Shown in pieces: positions 10,405 to 20,679 of a DNA stretch of 64,000 nt. This DNA is from Oligoflexia bacterium (lineage in GTDB: Bacteria; Bdellovibrionota; Bdellovibrionia; Bdellovibrionales; Bdellovibrionaceae). The position numbers and the translations under genes were made by a program. Below the pieces are notes generated by a model, which ran no database searches, was not told where the DNA came from, and saw only the letters and a program-made list of their open reading frames with translations. The stretch lies in NCBI GenBank assembly GCA_016861345.1, contig BOLD01000004.1, positions 146,177 through 210,176 of the forward strand. Reading direction: 5' to 3'. How positions within the stretch are numbered: the stretch's first letter is position 1; the number at the start of each line of letters is the position of its first letter.

Positions 10405-11874
10405 ATGGATCTTCTGCGCGCTTCAATAGCGGACATTGGGCAACAGTTAAGAAAAAAGCAGATTTCTTCGCTTGAGATCACGCAATACTTTTTGCAAAGG
10501 ATAGCTGCGCATAACTCAAAAATAAATGCCTTTGTCACAAGTAATGATAACGCAGAGAGAGAGGCCTCTGACGTTGATCAAAAGCTCGCGCGGGGGGAAC
10601 TCCTTGGGCCGCTATCAGGAATTCCTGTTGGAATTAAAGACATGCTTTGCACAAAGGGAATTCGCACAACGGCCGCATCTCATATTTTAAAGAACTTCGT
10701 CCCGCCCTACGATGCGACGGTCGTCTCAAGATTAAAGCGTAGTGGCGCGGTCATCTTGGGAAAATTAAATCAAGATGAATTTGCGATGGGATCATCGAAC
10801 GAAAATTCAATTTTTGGAGCGACAAAAAATCCGTGGAATTTAGATTTTGTTCCTGGCGGATCAAGCGGAGGGTCTGCAGCTGCCCAAGCCTCGCGACTGT
10901 GTGCCGCGACGATTGGCACGGACACGGGAGGTTCTATTCGGCAGCCAGCAAGTTTTTGCAATGTGGTTGGTGTTAAGCCCACATATGGAAGAGTGAGCCG
11001 ATTTGGGGTCATCGCCTATGCCTCGTCACTTGATCAGGCCGGCCCGATTGCCAGCTGTGTTGAAGACGCGGCACTGATTCTTGAGGTCATTAGTGGATTT
11101 GATCAGTTTGATTCGACAACGTCTAATCAAAAGGTGCCCGAGTTTTCAAAAAATCTTAATAAAAACATTAAGGGTCTTCGTATTGGCCTAATGAAAGAGT
11201 ACATGATGGGGGGGCTTCACCCCGATGTGGAAAAGACAATTGCCTTAGCGGTTGAAGATCTAAAAAGAATGGGCTGTGAAATCGTTGAGGTATCAGTTCC
11301 CCTGACAGCTCAAGCCGTGCCGATGTATTATTTAATTGCGGCAAGTGAAGCTTCAAGCAATTTGTCGAGATACGATGGGGTTAAGTACGGTCATCGTGCA
11401 AGCTTTGAGAATTTATCTAAGACAAGTCTTGAAGAGTTCTACATGAGAACCAGGGGCCAGGGCTTTGGAGTCGAAGTCAAGAGGCGAATTATGCTAGGAA
11501 CATATTGCCTCTCAAGTGGTTACTATGATGCCTATTACAAAAAAGCCTGCCAGGTAAGACGATTGATGGCGGAGCAGTTTCAAAATTGTTTCAATTCTTG
11601 TGACCTTATTTTGGGACCGGTATCAACAGCGCCGGCGTTTAGGATTGGCGAGAAATTGAGCGATCCCTTATCAATGTATCTAAATGATGTTTTTACTGTC
11701 TCTGCCAATTTAGCAGGGGTTCCTGGATTAAGCATTCCGTACGGGATTTCCATAGATAACCTACCGATAGGAATACAGCTCATGGCAAATCACTTTGACG
11801 AGCAGAAAATGTTGAATGTTGGTTACGCACTTCAAGAAACATCTCCAATGACATGGAGGATTCCGAATGTATAG
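10405..11874 (+). CDS. gatA: Glu/Asp-tRNA amidotransferase subunit A
   Basis: Amidase signature GGSSGGSAAA and GTDTGGSIRQPA. The start is set at the ATG at 10405, 2 nt after the gatC stop. The listed 10291 start would overlap gatC with an implausible Cys/Arg/Trp-rich leader. Confidence 0.95.
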   Translation: MDLLRASIADIGQQLRKKQISSLEITQYFLQRIAAHNSKINAFVTSNDNAEREASDVDQKLARGELLGPLSGIPVGIKDMLCTKGIRTTAASHILKNFVPPYDATVVSRLKRSGAVILGKLNQDEFAMGSSNENSIFGATKNPWNLDFVPGGSSGGSAAAQASRLCAATIGTDTGGSIRQPASFCNVVGVKPTYGRVSRFGVIAYASSLDQAGPIASCVEDAALILEVISGFDQFDSTTSNQKVPEFSKNLNKNIKGLRIGLMKEYMMGGLHPDVEKTIALAVEDLKRMGCEIVEVSVPLTAQAVPMYYLIAASEASSNLSRYDGVKYGHRASFENLSKTSLEEFYMRTRGQGFGVEVKRRIMLGTYCLSSGYYDAYYKKACQVRRLMAEQFQNCFNSCDLILGPVSTAPAFRIGEKLSDPLSMYLNDVFTVSANLAGVPGLSIPYGISIDNLPIGIQLMANHFDEQKMLNVGYALQETSPMTWRIPNV

Positions 11875-13297
11875 AGGCTATGAGGCCGTCATTGGTCTTG
11901 AGATTCATGCTCAGCTCAGTACAAAGAGTAAGATTTTTTCTGAAGACGCAACGGCATTTGACGCCGGAGACAATGAAAACCTTTCTCTTGTTAGTGCTGG
12001 ACTGCCGGGGGCATTGCCCGTTTTAAACAGAAAGGTTGTGGAGTTTTCTATCCAAGCAGGCCTTGCGCTTGGGTGTGAAATTAGAAGGAAAAATACATTT
12101 GCTCGAAAGAACTATTTCTATCCAGATCTCCCCAAGGGATATCAAATCTCTCAATACGATGAGCCGATTTGTGAAAACGGAAGGGTTATTATCTTCGTTG
12201 GTGGTCAAGAAAAAACAATTCGAATCATCCGGGCTCATATGGAAGAAGATGCCGGAAAGTCTACACACTTTGGCGAATACACGCTTGTGAATTATAATCG
12301 CGCGGGAGTGCCCCTGCTTGAAATTGTTTCCGCTCCTGATTTGCGCACTCCAGAAGAGGCGGCTGAATATGCCAAAACGATACGTCAAATTCTGAAGTAT
12401 ATTGGCGTCTGCGATGGCAACCTTGAAGAAGGATCACTAAGATGCGATTGCAATGTGAGCGTTCGCCCCGTAGGCACCGCGGAGCTGGGGACGAAGGTAG
12501 AAATAAAAAACGTTAACTCCTTTAGATTTGTTGAAAAAGCGATTGAGTACGAGATTGAAAGACAAGTTGATGCTTTGGAGCGCAAAGAAAAAATTATTCA
12601 AGAAACTCGACTGTATGATTCTGATAAAAACAGAACAGTTCCCATGCGGACAAAAGAAGATGCGCAGGACTATCGATATTTTCCAGACCCTGATCTCTTG
12701 CCGGTCATCATTACAGACGAAATGATTAAGGAAATTCATTTGCATCTTCCAGAGCTGCCAAGTGCAAGAAAAAAAAGATTTATTGAGCATTACGGACTTC
12801 CTGAATATGACGCCATAATGCTAACTGCTGAAAAAGAATATGCAGACTACTTTGAAGCGACAACAAAGATTTCAAGTAATCCAAAATCCACAGCGAACTG
12901 GATGATGACAGAGCTGACAAGAGAGCTTAACCAGGCCAATATTGAAGTTGATAAATCGCCGGTTTCTCCTGCTGGTCTCGCGGGGCTTTTGAAGCTGATC
13001 GATCAGGGCATAATTTCTGGGAAAATAGCGAAGACAGTATTTAATGATATGTGGTCGACAGGAAAATCAGCAGAAGAAATTATAAAGGATAAAAACCTAA
13101 CGCAAATCAGTGATCGAGCAGCGATTGAGAAGATTGTTGACGAGATACTATCTCAAAATTCTAAATCTGTTTTAGAATATAAATCAGGGAGAACAAAATT
13201 GCTTGGTTTTTTTGTTGGAGCGGTCATGAAGGCCACCAAAGGCCAGGCTAGCCCCGACCTTGTGAATCAAATATTACTTGATAAGCTAAAGAGGTAA
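11867..13297 (+). CDS. gatB: Glu/Asp-tRNA amidotransferase subunit B
   Basis: 476 aa beginning YEAVIGLEIHAQL, with a C-terminal YqeY-like tail. It overlaps gatA by 8 nt. Confidence 0.96.
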   Translation: MYRGYEAVIGLEIHAQLSTKSKIFSEDATAFDAGDNENLSLVSAGLPGALPVLNRKVVEFSIQAGLALGCEIRRKNTFARKNYFYPDLPKGYQISQYDEPICENGRVIIFVGGQEKTIRIIRAHMEEDAGKSTHFGEYTLVNYNRAGVPLLEIVSAPDLRTPEEAAEYAKTIRQILKYIGVCDGNLEEGSLRCDCNVSVRPVGTAELGTKVEIKNVNSFRFVEKAIEYEIERQVDALERKEKIIQETRLYDSDKNRTVPMRTKEDAQDYRYFPDPDLLPVIITDEMIKEIHLHLPELPSARKKRFIEHYGLPEYDAIMLTAEKEYADYFEATTKISSNPKSTANWMMTELTRELNQANIEVDKSPVSPAGLAGLLKLIDQGIISGKIAKTVFNDMWSTGKSAEEIIKDKNLTQISDRAAIEKIVDEILSQNSKSVLEYKSGRTKLLGFFVGAVMKATKGQASPDLVNQILLDKLKR

Positions 13298-13298
13298 G

Positions 13299-14216
13299 AT
13301 GAAAGTTGCCGCACTTGATCTGGGATCAAATACATTTTTACTGTTAATTTGTGAAGTCAATAAGGATCGAATTGAAAAAATATATGAAGACCAGGTTCAG
13401 GTGGTCCGCCTTGGACAAGGTGTGAATAAAACAAAGAAATTTCACCCAGAGGCGCTTCAGCGGGCCGAGAGGTGTCTAAGTGAATTTTCAAAGACAATAG
13501 CGAAGCATCGCCCAGAAAAAATTTTGGCGATGGCAACATCCGCAGCTCGAGATGTTGTAAATGGACAGCGACTATTTGAACTTGGAGAGAAATACAAAAT
13601 ACCCATTCAAATTATTCCCGGAGAAAAAGAAGCGCAAATATCCTACGAGGGTGCTACGAGCGGAAATCCTGAATCCCCGTCTCGAAAGCTTGTGATAGAT
13701 ATTGGAGGTGGTTCGACGGAGCTAATTTTGGGTCAGGGACAAAACATTATATTTGCAGAAAGTATAGATGTCGGCTGCGTCAGACTTAAGGAGATGTGCA
13801 TTTCTCAATATCCTGTCCCAGCCACTGAGTTTCAAAATCTGAAATCTGAAATTGAGCATAGGGCGCGGGTGACGATTCAAAAAATTCAGGAAATTGGGGA
13901 AATCACAGAGCTGCTCGCCGTCGCGGGAACACCAACAGAGTTGGCGCGGGTTCAAATCGGCGGCGATTATGACCCGCAAAAGATTGATGGATATAAGCTT
14001 AGACTACAGGATTTGCAGAAATGGCAAGAGAGATTGAAAGATCACACAACAGCGGAGGTTGTGGAAAAGTATAACCTCAGCGCGGGTCGCGCCGATGTGA
14101 TTCTTATCGGAGTGATGATTTTAATTCACATTTGTGAGAAATTTAGATTGAATGAAATTGTTGTTTCAACACGAGGAGTTCGGCATGGTGTTGCACTTGA
14201 GATGGCACGGGCGTAG
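13299..14216 (+). CDS. Ppx/GppA-family phosphatase (short form)
   Basis: ASKHA-fold phosphate motifs AALDLGSNTFLLLI and IDIGGGSTEL in a 305-aa product. Confidence 0.85.
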   Translation: MKVAALDLGSNTFLLLICEVNKDRIEKIYEDQVQVVRLGQGVNKTKKFHPEALQRAERCLSEFSKTIAKHRPEKILAMATSAARDVVNGQRLFELGEKYKIPIQIIPGEKEAQISYEGATSGNPESPSRKLVIDIGGGSTELILGQGQNIIFAESIDVGCVRLKEMCISQYPVPATEFQNLKSEIEHRARVTIQKIQEIGEITELLAVAGTPTELARVQIGGDYDPQKIDGYKLRLQDLQKWQERLKDHTTAEVVEKYNLSAGRADVILIGVMILIHICEKFRLNEIVVSTRGVRHGVALEMARA

Positions 14217-14238
14217 GCGGTCAAATATCTATCCATTT

Positions 14239-14886
14239 ATGATTTGTCTGACAAGCGTGCTTATCGCTATGCCGGCAATTGGGCAAACGGGACGTGTTCT
14301 TAAAGCTAAGGGCAACAAAGCCATAGTCCAATTTGAAAAGGGAACAGAAATTTATCAGGGAGACCGTGTTTCCTTAAAAGAGTCCGATAAATATGATCTT
14401 AAAAAAGGTCGGCTAGGATTGTTTCAAAATAGAAATTATGCACTCACCTACTCTTGGATCTCTGCCCAAAGTAGTGGGGCAAGTTCAACAATGAGCCATG
14501 CAGGGCGCATATTTTTTGGATGGAATATGAGACAATTCGAAGTCGGACCAACATTTTCTGTATCGACGGTGGACGTTTCCTCAGTGAAATCGCAGTCAAT
14601 CGCGGTTGGGGCGCGCGCAAAATACAACTTCACTGAAAATACAAAGGATACTGAGTGGGTGCCAGCATTTTATGGTGAATTATCTTTTGCCAGTGCTACG
14701 ACAAGTACTTCGACAGCATCGTCCTCCTCTAGTAATTCATCCTATGGTGCTGGTTTTCAAATTGACTGGTTTCTGATTGGGAACAATGTTGCTCTTGGGG
14801 GCTATCTTGGACTTCAACAAGATAAAACAAGCGCCACAACAACAAACACGACAGCTCTTGGAACGAGCATAACGCTTTATTTTTAA
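14239..14886 (+). CDS. Secreted protein, possible outer-membrane beta-barrel
   Basis: A hydrophobic signal-like N-terminus (MICLTSVLIAMPAIGQ), alternating-polarity segments, a Ser/Thr-rich loop and a C-terminal ...ITLYF aromatic terminus. The start is uncertain; an upstream Met at 14185 would add an RRRSN n-region. Confidence 0.55.
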   Translation: MICLTSVLIAMPAIGQTGRVLKAKGNKAIVQFEKGTEIYQGDRVSLKESDKYDLKKGRLGLFQNRNYALTYSWISAQSSGASSTMSHAGRIFFGWNMRQFEVGPTFSVSTVDVSSVKSQSIAVGARAKYNFTENTKDTEWVPAFYGELSFASATTSTSTASSSSSNSSYGAGFQIDWFLIGNNVALGGYLGLQQDKTSATTTNTTALGTSITLYF

Positions 14887-15317
14887 TGGCAGCAAATTAC
14901 TTTTTTATCATTTTACTTTTGAGCATGAACTTGTTGGCGAAGACGACCTTCGGAACAAAAAAAATACTCATTAACAAAGTTCCAATAACAGTCGAGGTTG
15001 CGGAAACGAGTGAACAGCATGAGTTGGGTCTAATGTATCGACAAGCCTTGAAGGACGGCCAGGGAATGTTGTTTATATTCCAAAACGAGGAGATCAGAAC
15101 ATTTTGGATGAAAAACACTTTTGTTCCGTTGAGTATTGGCTTTTTGGATTCTCAAAAAATAATTATCGACATACAAGACATGAAGCCTGCAGAAAGTGAA
15201 ATGCAGAAAGAGCATCCTTTATATAAGAGTTCACGCCCAGCAAAGTACGCGATTGAAGTTCCTCAGGGTTGGTTTAAGAAGAACAACGTTAAGGTTGGTG
15301 ACAAGGTTCATTTTTAG
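14886..15317 (+). CDS. DUF192 (UPF0127) family protein
   Basis: ITVEVAETSEQHELGLMYR ... GMLFIF ... FWMKNTFVPLSIGFLD fits the DUF192 pattern. A signal peptide is present. Confidence 0.85.
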   Translation: MAANYFFIILLLSMNLLAKTTFGTKKILINKVPITVEVAETSEQHELGLMYRQALKDGQGMLFIFQNEEIRTFWMKNTFVPLSIGFLDSQKIIIDIQDMKPAESEMQKEHPLYKSSRPAKYAIEVPQGWFKKNNVKVGDKVHF

Positions 15318-15434
15318 TCATGACCAAGGTCTAGTCCTATTCACCTTAAAATATTTGCAACACACCGAAAGTATGATCTAATCTTATGAAAAGAACAGAA
15401 TGTTCTGACTTGGATTTATATCAAGGAAGAGGCT

Positions 15435-16622
15435 ATGAAAAAAATTATTGCACTGATCGCGTGTGTTTACCTGGTTGGTCACTTAACAGCTTGTACGTCC
15501 AAAAAAGCTGCCGATGATGGCGGAGAACTTGGCGCAGAAGATATTGCGGCAGAGACTTCTCCTGAGGCTGGATTGGCAGATGAAACGAATGCTGGCTTTG
15601 TTGATGAACAACTTCCCGAGGATACACTTGGGGCACAGGCTGAGCAAACACCTCCTCCTGCAGAAGATACTTCACAGGCTGAAGCACCACCACCACCCGT
15701 TGAAATGCCTCAAGAGCAGCCACCAGCTCCAGTTGCTCCAACAGAAGAAAAGCCTACAGATACTGTTGCGGCAGTTGATCCTGGCGCCGAGAAAAAAGAA
15801 GAGCCCCCAGCGCCTAAGCCAGTTGCGTCTTTAAAGAAAATCAAAGAGGTTCCATTTAGAGAGGGCGGACAGCTTTTAAACGCGGTTTATATTGCACGAC
15901 CTGGAGATGATTATAGCAGTATCAGCAAGATGATTTATGGAACTGAAGATAAAGCCAGCGATATCAAGAAGGCCAACTATGGAGCAAAGGTAAAACCAGG
16001 AAATAAGATTTACTACAACTCACCAAAGCGTCCTGATGATGAAACGAAGATGCTAACATACTATGAAGATATGGGCATGATGCCTGAAATCTATGTTGCA
16101 AAGGATGGAGACAACATTCGTGCAATTTCTAAAGATCTTTTAGGATATCCAGAGGCATGGAAAGAGGTTTGGGCCACGAACACAGTTGAGTCCAAAGGGG
16201 CCCTTCCCGGAGGGGCAGAGCTGAAATATTGGAAAAATGCACCAGCTCCACAAACAGAGGTTGCTGTAAGCACACCACCTCCGCCGACAGAGCCAGTAGC
16301 GCCACCGATGCCGTCAGAAATGCCAGCCCCCCCACCGCCTCCTGTAGAGGCTGCGGCGCCACCGCCTCCACCACCAGCAGATTTGCCACCGCCTCCACCA
16401 CCAGAGCCTGTTGCGCCACCGCCTCCACCGCCACCAGCTCCTGTGGCGAAGAAAGCGCCAAAGGTTGACGTTGTGGGACAAGAGTCTATGGATCAGGACA
16501 CAATGATGGCTCTTGCGGGAGCAGGAGTGATTGCTGCGGGTCTGGCCGCGATTATTGTCATCAGAAAGCGCCGAGCGCAAAAGCAATCTGCTCAAGCCTT
16601 TGATTCGCAAGTCGGAACGTAA
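15435..16622 (+). CDS. Proline-rich lipoprotein with two LysM-like modules and a C-terminal membrane anchor
   Basis: Lipobox LVGHLTAC. Two LysM-like segments are present (YIARPGDDYSSISKMIYG, YVAKDGDNIRAISKDLLG). There are poly-Pro tracts and a terminal hydrophobic helix followed by RKRR. Confidence 0.8.
   Translation: MKKIIALIACVYLVGHLTACTSKKAADDGGELGAEDIAAETSPEAGLADETNAGFVDEQLPEDTLGAQAEQTPPPAEDTSQAEAPPPPVEMPQEQPPAPVAPTEEKPTDTVAAVDPGAEKKEEPPAPKPVASLKKIKEVPFREGGQLLNAVYIARPGDDYSSISKMIYGTEDKASDIKKANYGAKVKPGNKIYYNSPKRPDDETKMLTYYEDMGMMPEIYVAKDGDNIRAISKDLLGYPEAWKEVWATNTVESKGALPGGAELKYWKNAPAPQTEVAVSTPPPPTEPVAPPMPSEMPAPPPPPVEAAAPPPPPPADLPPPPPPEPVAPPPPPPPAPVAKKAPKVDVVGQESMDQDTMMALAGAGVIAAGLAAIIVIRKRRAQKQSAQAFDSQVGT
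16358..16437 (+). repeat. In-frame tandem-like nucleotide repeat encoding (A)PPPPPP units
   Basis: The 20-mer GCCACCGCCTCCACCACCAG occurs identically at 16358-16377 and 16385-16404. A third copy with a 3-nt insertion lies at 16415-16437. Confidence 0.9.
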
Positions 16623-16648
16623 TAGACCATTATTAAATGAGAAGCTTT

Positions 16649-16681
16649 AGTCGCGTGAGAAATCACGCGACTTTATTTTTC
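16649..16681. terminator. Bidirectional terminator hairpin between convergent genes
   Basis: AGTCGCGTGA (16649-16658) pairs perfectly with TCACGCGACT (16663-16672) around a GAAA loop, followed by TTTATTTTT. Confidence 0.8.
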
Positions 16682-16696
16682 GGTCTCAGCGATTTG

Positions 16697-17086
16697 CTAA
16701 GCGACCTTGCTAAAGATTTTATTTAAAATTTCTTTTGAACCACTTCTTTTGGTTTCTACAAAGTAAATGAGATCATCTATGATCTGAATATCGCGGTTAT
16801 TTTGGTGGGAAAATTTTACGCCAGATCCGTATGAGTTTGACCAGATGACCGTCGCCTGAATTGTTCTTTCGCGACCGCCAACGACAAAATTAAGATGCAG
16901 CTTTTCGCCAGCCCGCAGGGGCTCACCCGCTTGGCTGAGAAAAGCGCCCGATAGGCTAATGTTCTTTAAAGAGCCATTTGACTCTTCACGAGCATAGCTC
17001 TTCCGAAAAACGACAGTAATATTAAGTGGGGTTCTCGGTGCTGGAGTAGTCATTGTTTCCACGTTTATCTCCTGATTAAAACTCAT
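16697..17086 (-). CDS. PilZ-domain protein
   Basis: 129 aa with the NISLSGAF (D/NxSxxG) motif preceded by an Arg-containing segment. The size is typical of a stand-alone PilZ. Confidence 0.6.
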   Translation of the reverse strand: MSFNQEINVETMTTPAPRTPLNITVVFRKSYAREESNGSLKNISLSGAFLSQAGEPLRAGEKLHLNFVVGGRERTIQATVIWSNSYGSGVKFSHQNNRDIQIIDDLIYFVETKRSGSKEILNKIFSKVA

Positions 17087-17406
17087 GTTTCATCCTTCCA
17101 TCGGAATGAATAAATAAAAACTAAAGGCTGAAATGAATTCCAGGCCTATAGTCTATACGAGTCCATCAGCAAACGTGCAGGTGCCATCAGATTAACAAAT
17201 GTTTTAAAAAATTCCATAAAATCCAATAAGTTGAATCAATTTGAATCACGACGTGTTTCAAAAAGAAACGGGTCAACCAGGGCCAGACGTACGTTAATAG
17301 TTGACAAAAGTTCAGCTTCTCCGCCATGATGAGGTTCAATTCACACTAAAGCCTAGTTTTCAAAATCAATTCAAATTCAAAATCGGATACATAAAAGGAG
17401 CATTGC

Positions 17407-19158
17407 TTGGCTGACCAAAAAGAAGATGGCGCAGATGTTGCCAAAAAGAAGCCTCGTCGGGTAGTTAATTTAAAATCAGAAGAACCAAAGGTTGCAGCCA
17501 AAGAAGAATCTGCTTCGGCGCCAGTGGCGGAGGTTCCGCCCGCAGCTCCCGCCCCAGTGGCGGAAACAGCTGTGGCTCAAGTGGCAGCAGAAAAACCAGT
17601 GTCTGAGGCCACGCAGGACAATTCTCAGCAAGAGCAACAGCGCAAGGATCGTCCGCGCTATTTTGATAAGAGAAATGGCGGTGGTGGTCGATTTCAAAAC
17701 AACAATCGACGAGACTTCAGAGGGGGGGATCGTGGAGACCGCGGAGACCGTTCTGATCGCGGAGATCGATATCAACACCAACGATCGTATCAGCAGGGGC
17801 GGCAGCAAGAGGGAGAGGGCGGAGCTCAATCTGGCTCAGGGATTGAAACTCCAGCAGATCTTGATTTGACAGATGTGGTTTTAACACCAGAAGAGCGAAG
17901 CTGGCTCAACTCAAAGGATCTTAAATCTCGAAACATCACCCAGCTCACTGAACTGGCTACAAAATTAAAAATTGAAAACGCTGCGGGAATGCGAAGACAA
18001 GATCTTGTGTTTGAAATTCTCAAAAGAGCGGCAAAGCTAGGCGAAGACATTTTTGGCTCAGGTGTTCTTGAAATCCTGCCCGATGGTTATGGATTTTTGC
18101 GATCTCCAGATTATAACTACCTTCCAGGTCCGGATGATATCTACGTTTCTCCATCACAAATGCGTAAGTTTGGACTTCGAACGGGAGATACAATTGCAGG
18201 AACAGTTCGTCCACCAAAAGAGGGCGAAAGATATTTCGCGCTTTTGAAGGTCGACAGCCTTAACTTTGAAAGTGGGGAGGCCGGAAAAGATAAAATCCTT
18301 TTCGATAACTTAACTCCGCTTTACCCGAATCAAAGATTAAAGCTCGAGCACAACCCCGGTGAATACACAACCCGAGTTGTTGATCTTATGTCGCCGATTG
18401 GCAAAGGTCAGCGCGCTCTGATTGTCGCGCCACCTCGTGCCGGTAAGACCGTTTTAATGCAAAATATTGCAAATGCCATCACAGTCAATCATCCGGAAGT
18501 TAAGCTGATCGTTCTCCTTATTGACGAGCGCCCAGAAGAGGTCACGGATATGATTCGCTCAGTAAAAGGCGAGGTCATCAGTTCGACATTCGACGAACCA
18601 CCAACTCGTCACGTGCAAGTTGCGGAGATGGTCATTGAGAAGGCCAAGCGTCTTGTTGAGCACAAGCACGACGTTGTGATTCTGCTGGACTCAATTACTC
18701 GTTTGGCGCGCGCTTACAATACAGTGGTTCCCCCTTCTGGAAAAATTCTTTCTGGCGGTGTGGACTCAAATGCCCTCCACAAGCCAAAGCGATTCTTTGG
18801 AGCAGCTCGAAACATTGAAGAGGGCGGCAGTTTAACAATTATTGCGACAGCGCTTGTTGATACGGGCTCTCGTATGGACGAGGTCATCTTCGAAGAGTTT
18901 AAAGGAACGGGCAATGCCGAAATCCACCTTGATCGAAAGCTCATGGAAAAGCGCATTTTCCCATGTATGGACATCAATAAATCAGGAACTCGTAAAGAGG
19001 ACCTGCTTGTTGAGAAAAACGATCTGAATCGACTCTGGATTTTGCGTAAGGTCCTCGCTCCAATGAACGTCGTTGATGCAATGGAATTCTTGCTTGATAA
19101 GATCCAATCCTCAAAAACAAATACGCAGTTTTTGCAGTCTATGGGCGGACAAGGCTAG
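17407..19158 (+). CDS. rho: Transcription termination factor Rho with a ~170-aa low-complexity N-terminal extension
   Basis: A TTG start lies 7 nt after AAGGAG. The C-terminal ~415 aa are canonical Rho: a Rho_N helix bundle ([28 protein letters not shown]), the RNA-binding domain, Walker A PPRAGKT, and the Q- and R-loop region. Confidence 0.95.
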   Translation: MADQKEDGADVAKKKPRRVVNLKSEEPKVAAKEESASAPVAEVPPAAPAPVAETAVAQVAAEKPVSEATQDNSQQEQQRKDRPRYFDKRNGGGGRFQNNNRRDFRGGDRGDRGDRSDRGDRYQHQRSYQQGRQQEGEGGAQSGSGIETPADLDLTDVVLTPEERSWLNSKDLKSRNITQLTELATKLKIENAAGMRRQDLVFEILKRAAKLGEDIFGSGVLEILPDGYGFLRSPDYNYLPGPDDIYVSPSQMRKFGLRTGDTIAGTVRPPKEGERYFALLKVDSLNFESGEAGKDKILFDNLTPLYPNQRLKLEHNPGEYTTRVVDLMSPIGKGQRALIVAPPRAGKTVLMQNIANAITVNHPEVKLIVLLIDERPEEVTDMIRSVKGEVISSTFDEPPTRHVQVAEMVIEKAKRLVEHKHDVVILLDSITRLARAYNTVVPPSGKILSGGVDSNALHKPKRFFGAARNIEEGGSLTIIATALVDTGSRMDEVIFEEFKGTGNAEIHLDRKLMEKRIFPCMDINKSGTRKEDLLVEKNDLNRLWILRKVLAPMNVVDAMEFLLDKIQSSKTNTQFLQSMGGQG

Positions 19159-19212
19159 TAAGTTATTGAAATTGCTATGATAATAACAATCTAGACGGGG
19201 GCAACAAAAAAC

Positions 19213-19241
19213 TCGACAGAGACAAGCCCCCTGTGTTAAAT
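19213..19241 (+). promoter_or_regulatory. Candidate sigma70-type promoter for rpmE
   Basis: TCGACA (19213-19218), an exact 17-nt spacer, then TTAAAT (19236-19241), about 35 nt upstream of the rpmE start. This is a pattern match only. Confidence 0.35.
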
Positions 19242-19276
19242 CCTGCATCTTGCAATTGATGAAAAAGGACAGTGGT

Positions 19277-19522
19277 ATGAAAAAAGATCTTCACCCAAAA
19301 ACGTATGATGTTGTTTATAAAGATGTTTCAAGTGATTTTGCATTTCTTGGCAAATCAACTCAAAACTCAAAAGAAACTATTAAATGGGAAGATGGAAACA
19401 CATATCCTCTTTTAAAAGTTGAGATTTCAAGCGCTTCTCATCCTTTCTACACTGGTAAGCAGCGTGTGATGGATACTGAAGGACGCATTGACCGTTTCAA
19501 AAAGAAATACGGAAAAAAGTAG
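19277..19522 (+). CDS. rpmE: 50S ribosomal protein L31 (type B, no CxxC)
   Basis: [10 protein letters not shown] ... HPFYTGKQR. No Cys pairs are present. The start was chosen at the Met with an AAAGGA SD upstream. Confidence 0.9.
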   Translation: MKKDLHPKTYDVVYKDVSSDFAFLGKSTQNSKETIKWEDGNTYPLLKVEISSASHPFYTGKQRVMDTEGRIDRFKKKYGKK

Positions 19523-19548
19523 TTTTCAGTTCGAATCAATTTTGATGA

Positions 19549-19580
19549 AATGCGGTCATACCCTGACCGCATTTTTTTTA
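19549..19580 (+). terminator. Rho-independent terminator after rpmE
   Basis: ATGCGGTCA / TGACCGCAT stem with a 5-nt loop, followed by eight T. Confidence 0.85.
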
Positions 19581-19587
19581 GGCGATT

Positions 19588-20679
19588 ATGTTTACAAAAC
19601 TTGATGAAGTTGAATCACGATACGAAGAAGTTAATCTTCAGCTCCAGAGACCTGATATTGCCTCGAACCAAACGCAATATCGGGCGTTTATGAAAGAGCT
19701 TTCAGAGCTTGAAAAAGTAGTTGTCGTCTATCGTGAGTATAAGAAGAAAAAGAAAGAGCTCGAAGCAAATAAGGCACTCATTGCGACAGAAAATGACCCC
19801 GAACTGCGCGAAATGATCAAAGAAGAAATTAAAACTCTTGAGCCAGAGATCGCGCAGCTTGAAGAGCGCCTGAAGATCCTCTTAATCCCCAAAGATCCGA
19901 ATGATGATAAAAATATCATTCTTGAAATTCGAGCCGGAGCTGGTGGTGATGAGGCTTCGCTCTTCGCGGACGAGCTCTTTCGGGCATACACACACTATGC
20001 CAGCTCTCAGGGATGGAAGGTCAATATGATGTCCATGTCCGAAGGTAATGTTGGCGGCGTGAAAGAGGTCATTGCAAGCATTAGTGGGGACAGTGTTTAC
20101 AGCAAGCTCAAGCACGAATCTGGTGTTCATCGAGTTCAGCGCGTACCGAAAACGGAAACACAAGGCCGTATTCACACAAGCACAGTGACGGTCGCCGTTA
20201 TTCCCGAGCAAGAAGAGCAAGAAGTTAAGCTGAATATGAATGAGATTCGAATCGACGTGACAAGATCTCAGGGTTCAGGCGGACAATCGGTGAACACGAC
20301 AGATTCTGCCGTTCGAGCGACACATCTTCCGACGGGGATCATTGTTTTCTGTCAACAGGGCAAATCACAGCTCGGCAATAAGGAATTGGCGCTCAAGATT
20401 CTATATTCAAAGCTTGTGGCCATCGAAGAAGAAAAAAGAATGAAAGAGGCCTCTGATGCTCGCCTATCACAAATCGGAACAGGCGATCGTTCAGAGCGAA
20501 TTCGAACTTATAACTTTCCTCAAAGTCGAATCACGGATCACCGCATTGGTCTAACAACTCACGCGATTAACGATGTGATGAGTGGCCATCTTGAATATCT
20601 CATCGATCCACTTATTGCGCACTTTCAAGCCGAGGCCTTGAAAAATCAGAGTAAGAATGAAGCTCAAAGAGGTCCTTGA
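19588..20679 (+). CDS. prfA: Peptide chain release factor 1
   Basis: GGQ motif (SGGQSVNTT) and a PxT-type region. 363 aa. Confidence 0.96.
   Translation: MFTKLDEVESRYEEVNLQLQRPDIASNQTQYRAFMKELSELEKVVVVYREYKKKKKELEANKALIATENDPELREMIKEEIKTLEPEIAQLEERLKILLIPKDPNDDKNIILEIRAGAGGDEASLFADELFRAYTHYASSQGWKVNMMSMSEGNVGGVKEVIASISGDSVYSKLKHESGVHRVQRVPKTETQGRIHTSTVTVAVIPEQEEQEVKLNMNEIRIDVTRSQGSGGQSVNTTDSAVRATHLPTGIIVFCQQGKSQLGNKELALKILYSKLVAIEEEKRMKEASDARLSQIGTGDRSERIRTYNFPQSRITDHRIGLTTHAINDVMSGHLEYLIDPLIAHFQAEALKNQSKNEAQRGP

Noticed and set aside
15445-16610. Several ORFs on both strands inside the proline-rich LysM gene (for example 16129-16461 and 16314-16610)
   Set aside because: They are artefacts of the GC-rich CCN/GGN repeat tract. 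The plus-strand frame with a lipobox, LysM-like modules and a membrane anchor explains the region.
17301-17330. TTGACA at 17301 as the rho promoter
   Set aside because: It is a perfect -35 hexamer, but the best -10 candidates at 17-18-nt spacing (CCATGA/CATGAT) are weak. That is not enough to call a promoter.
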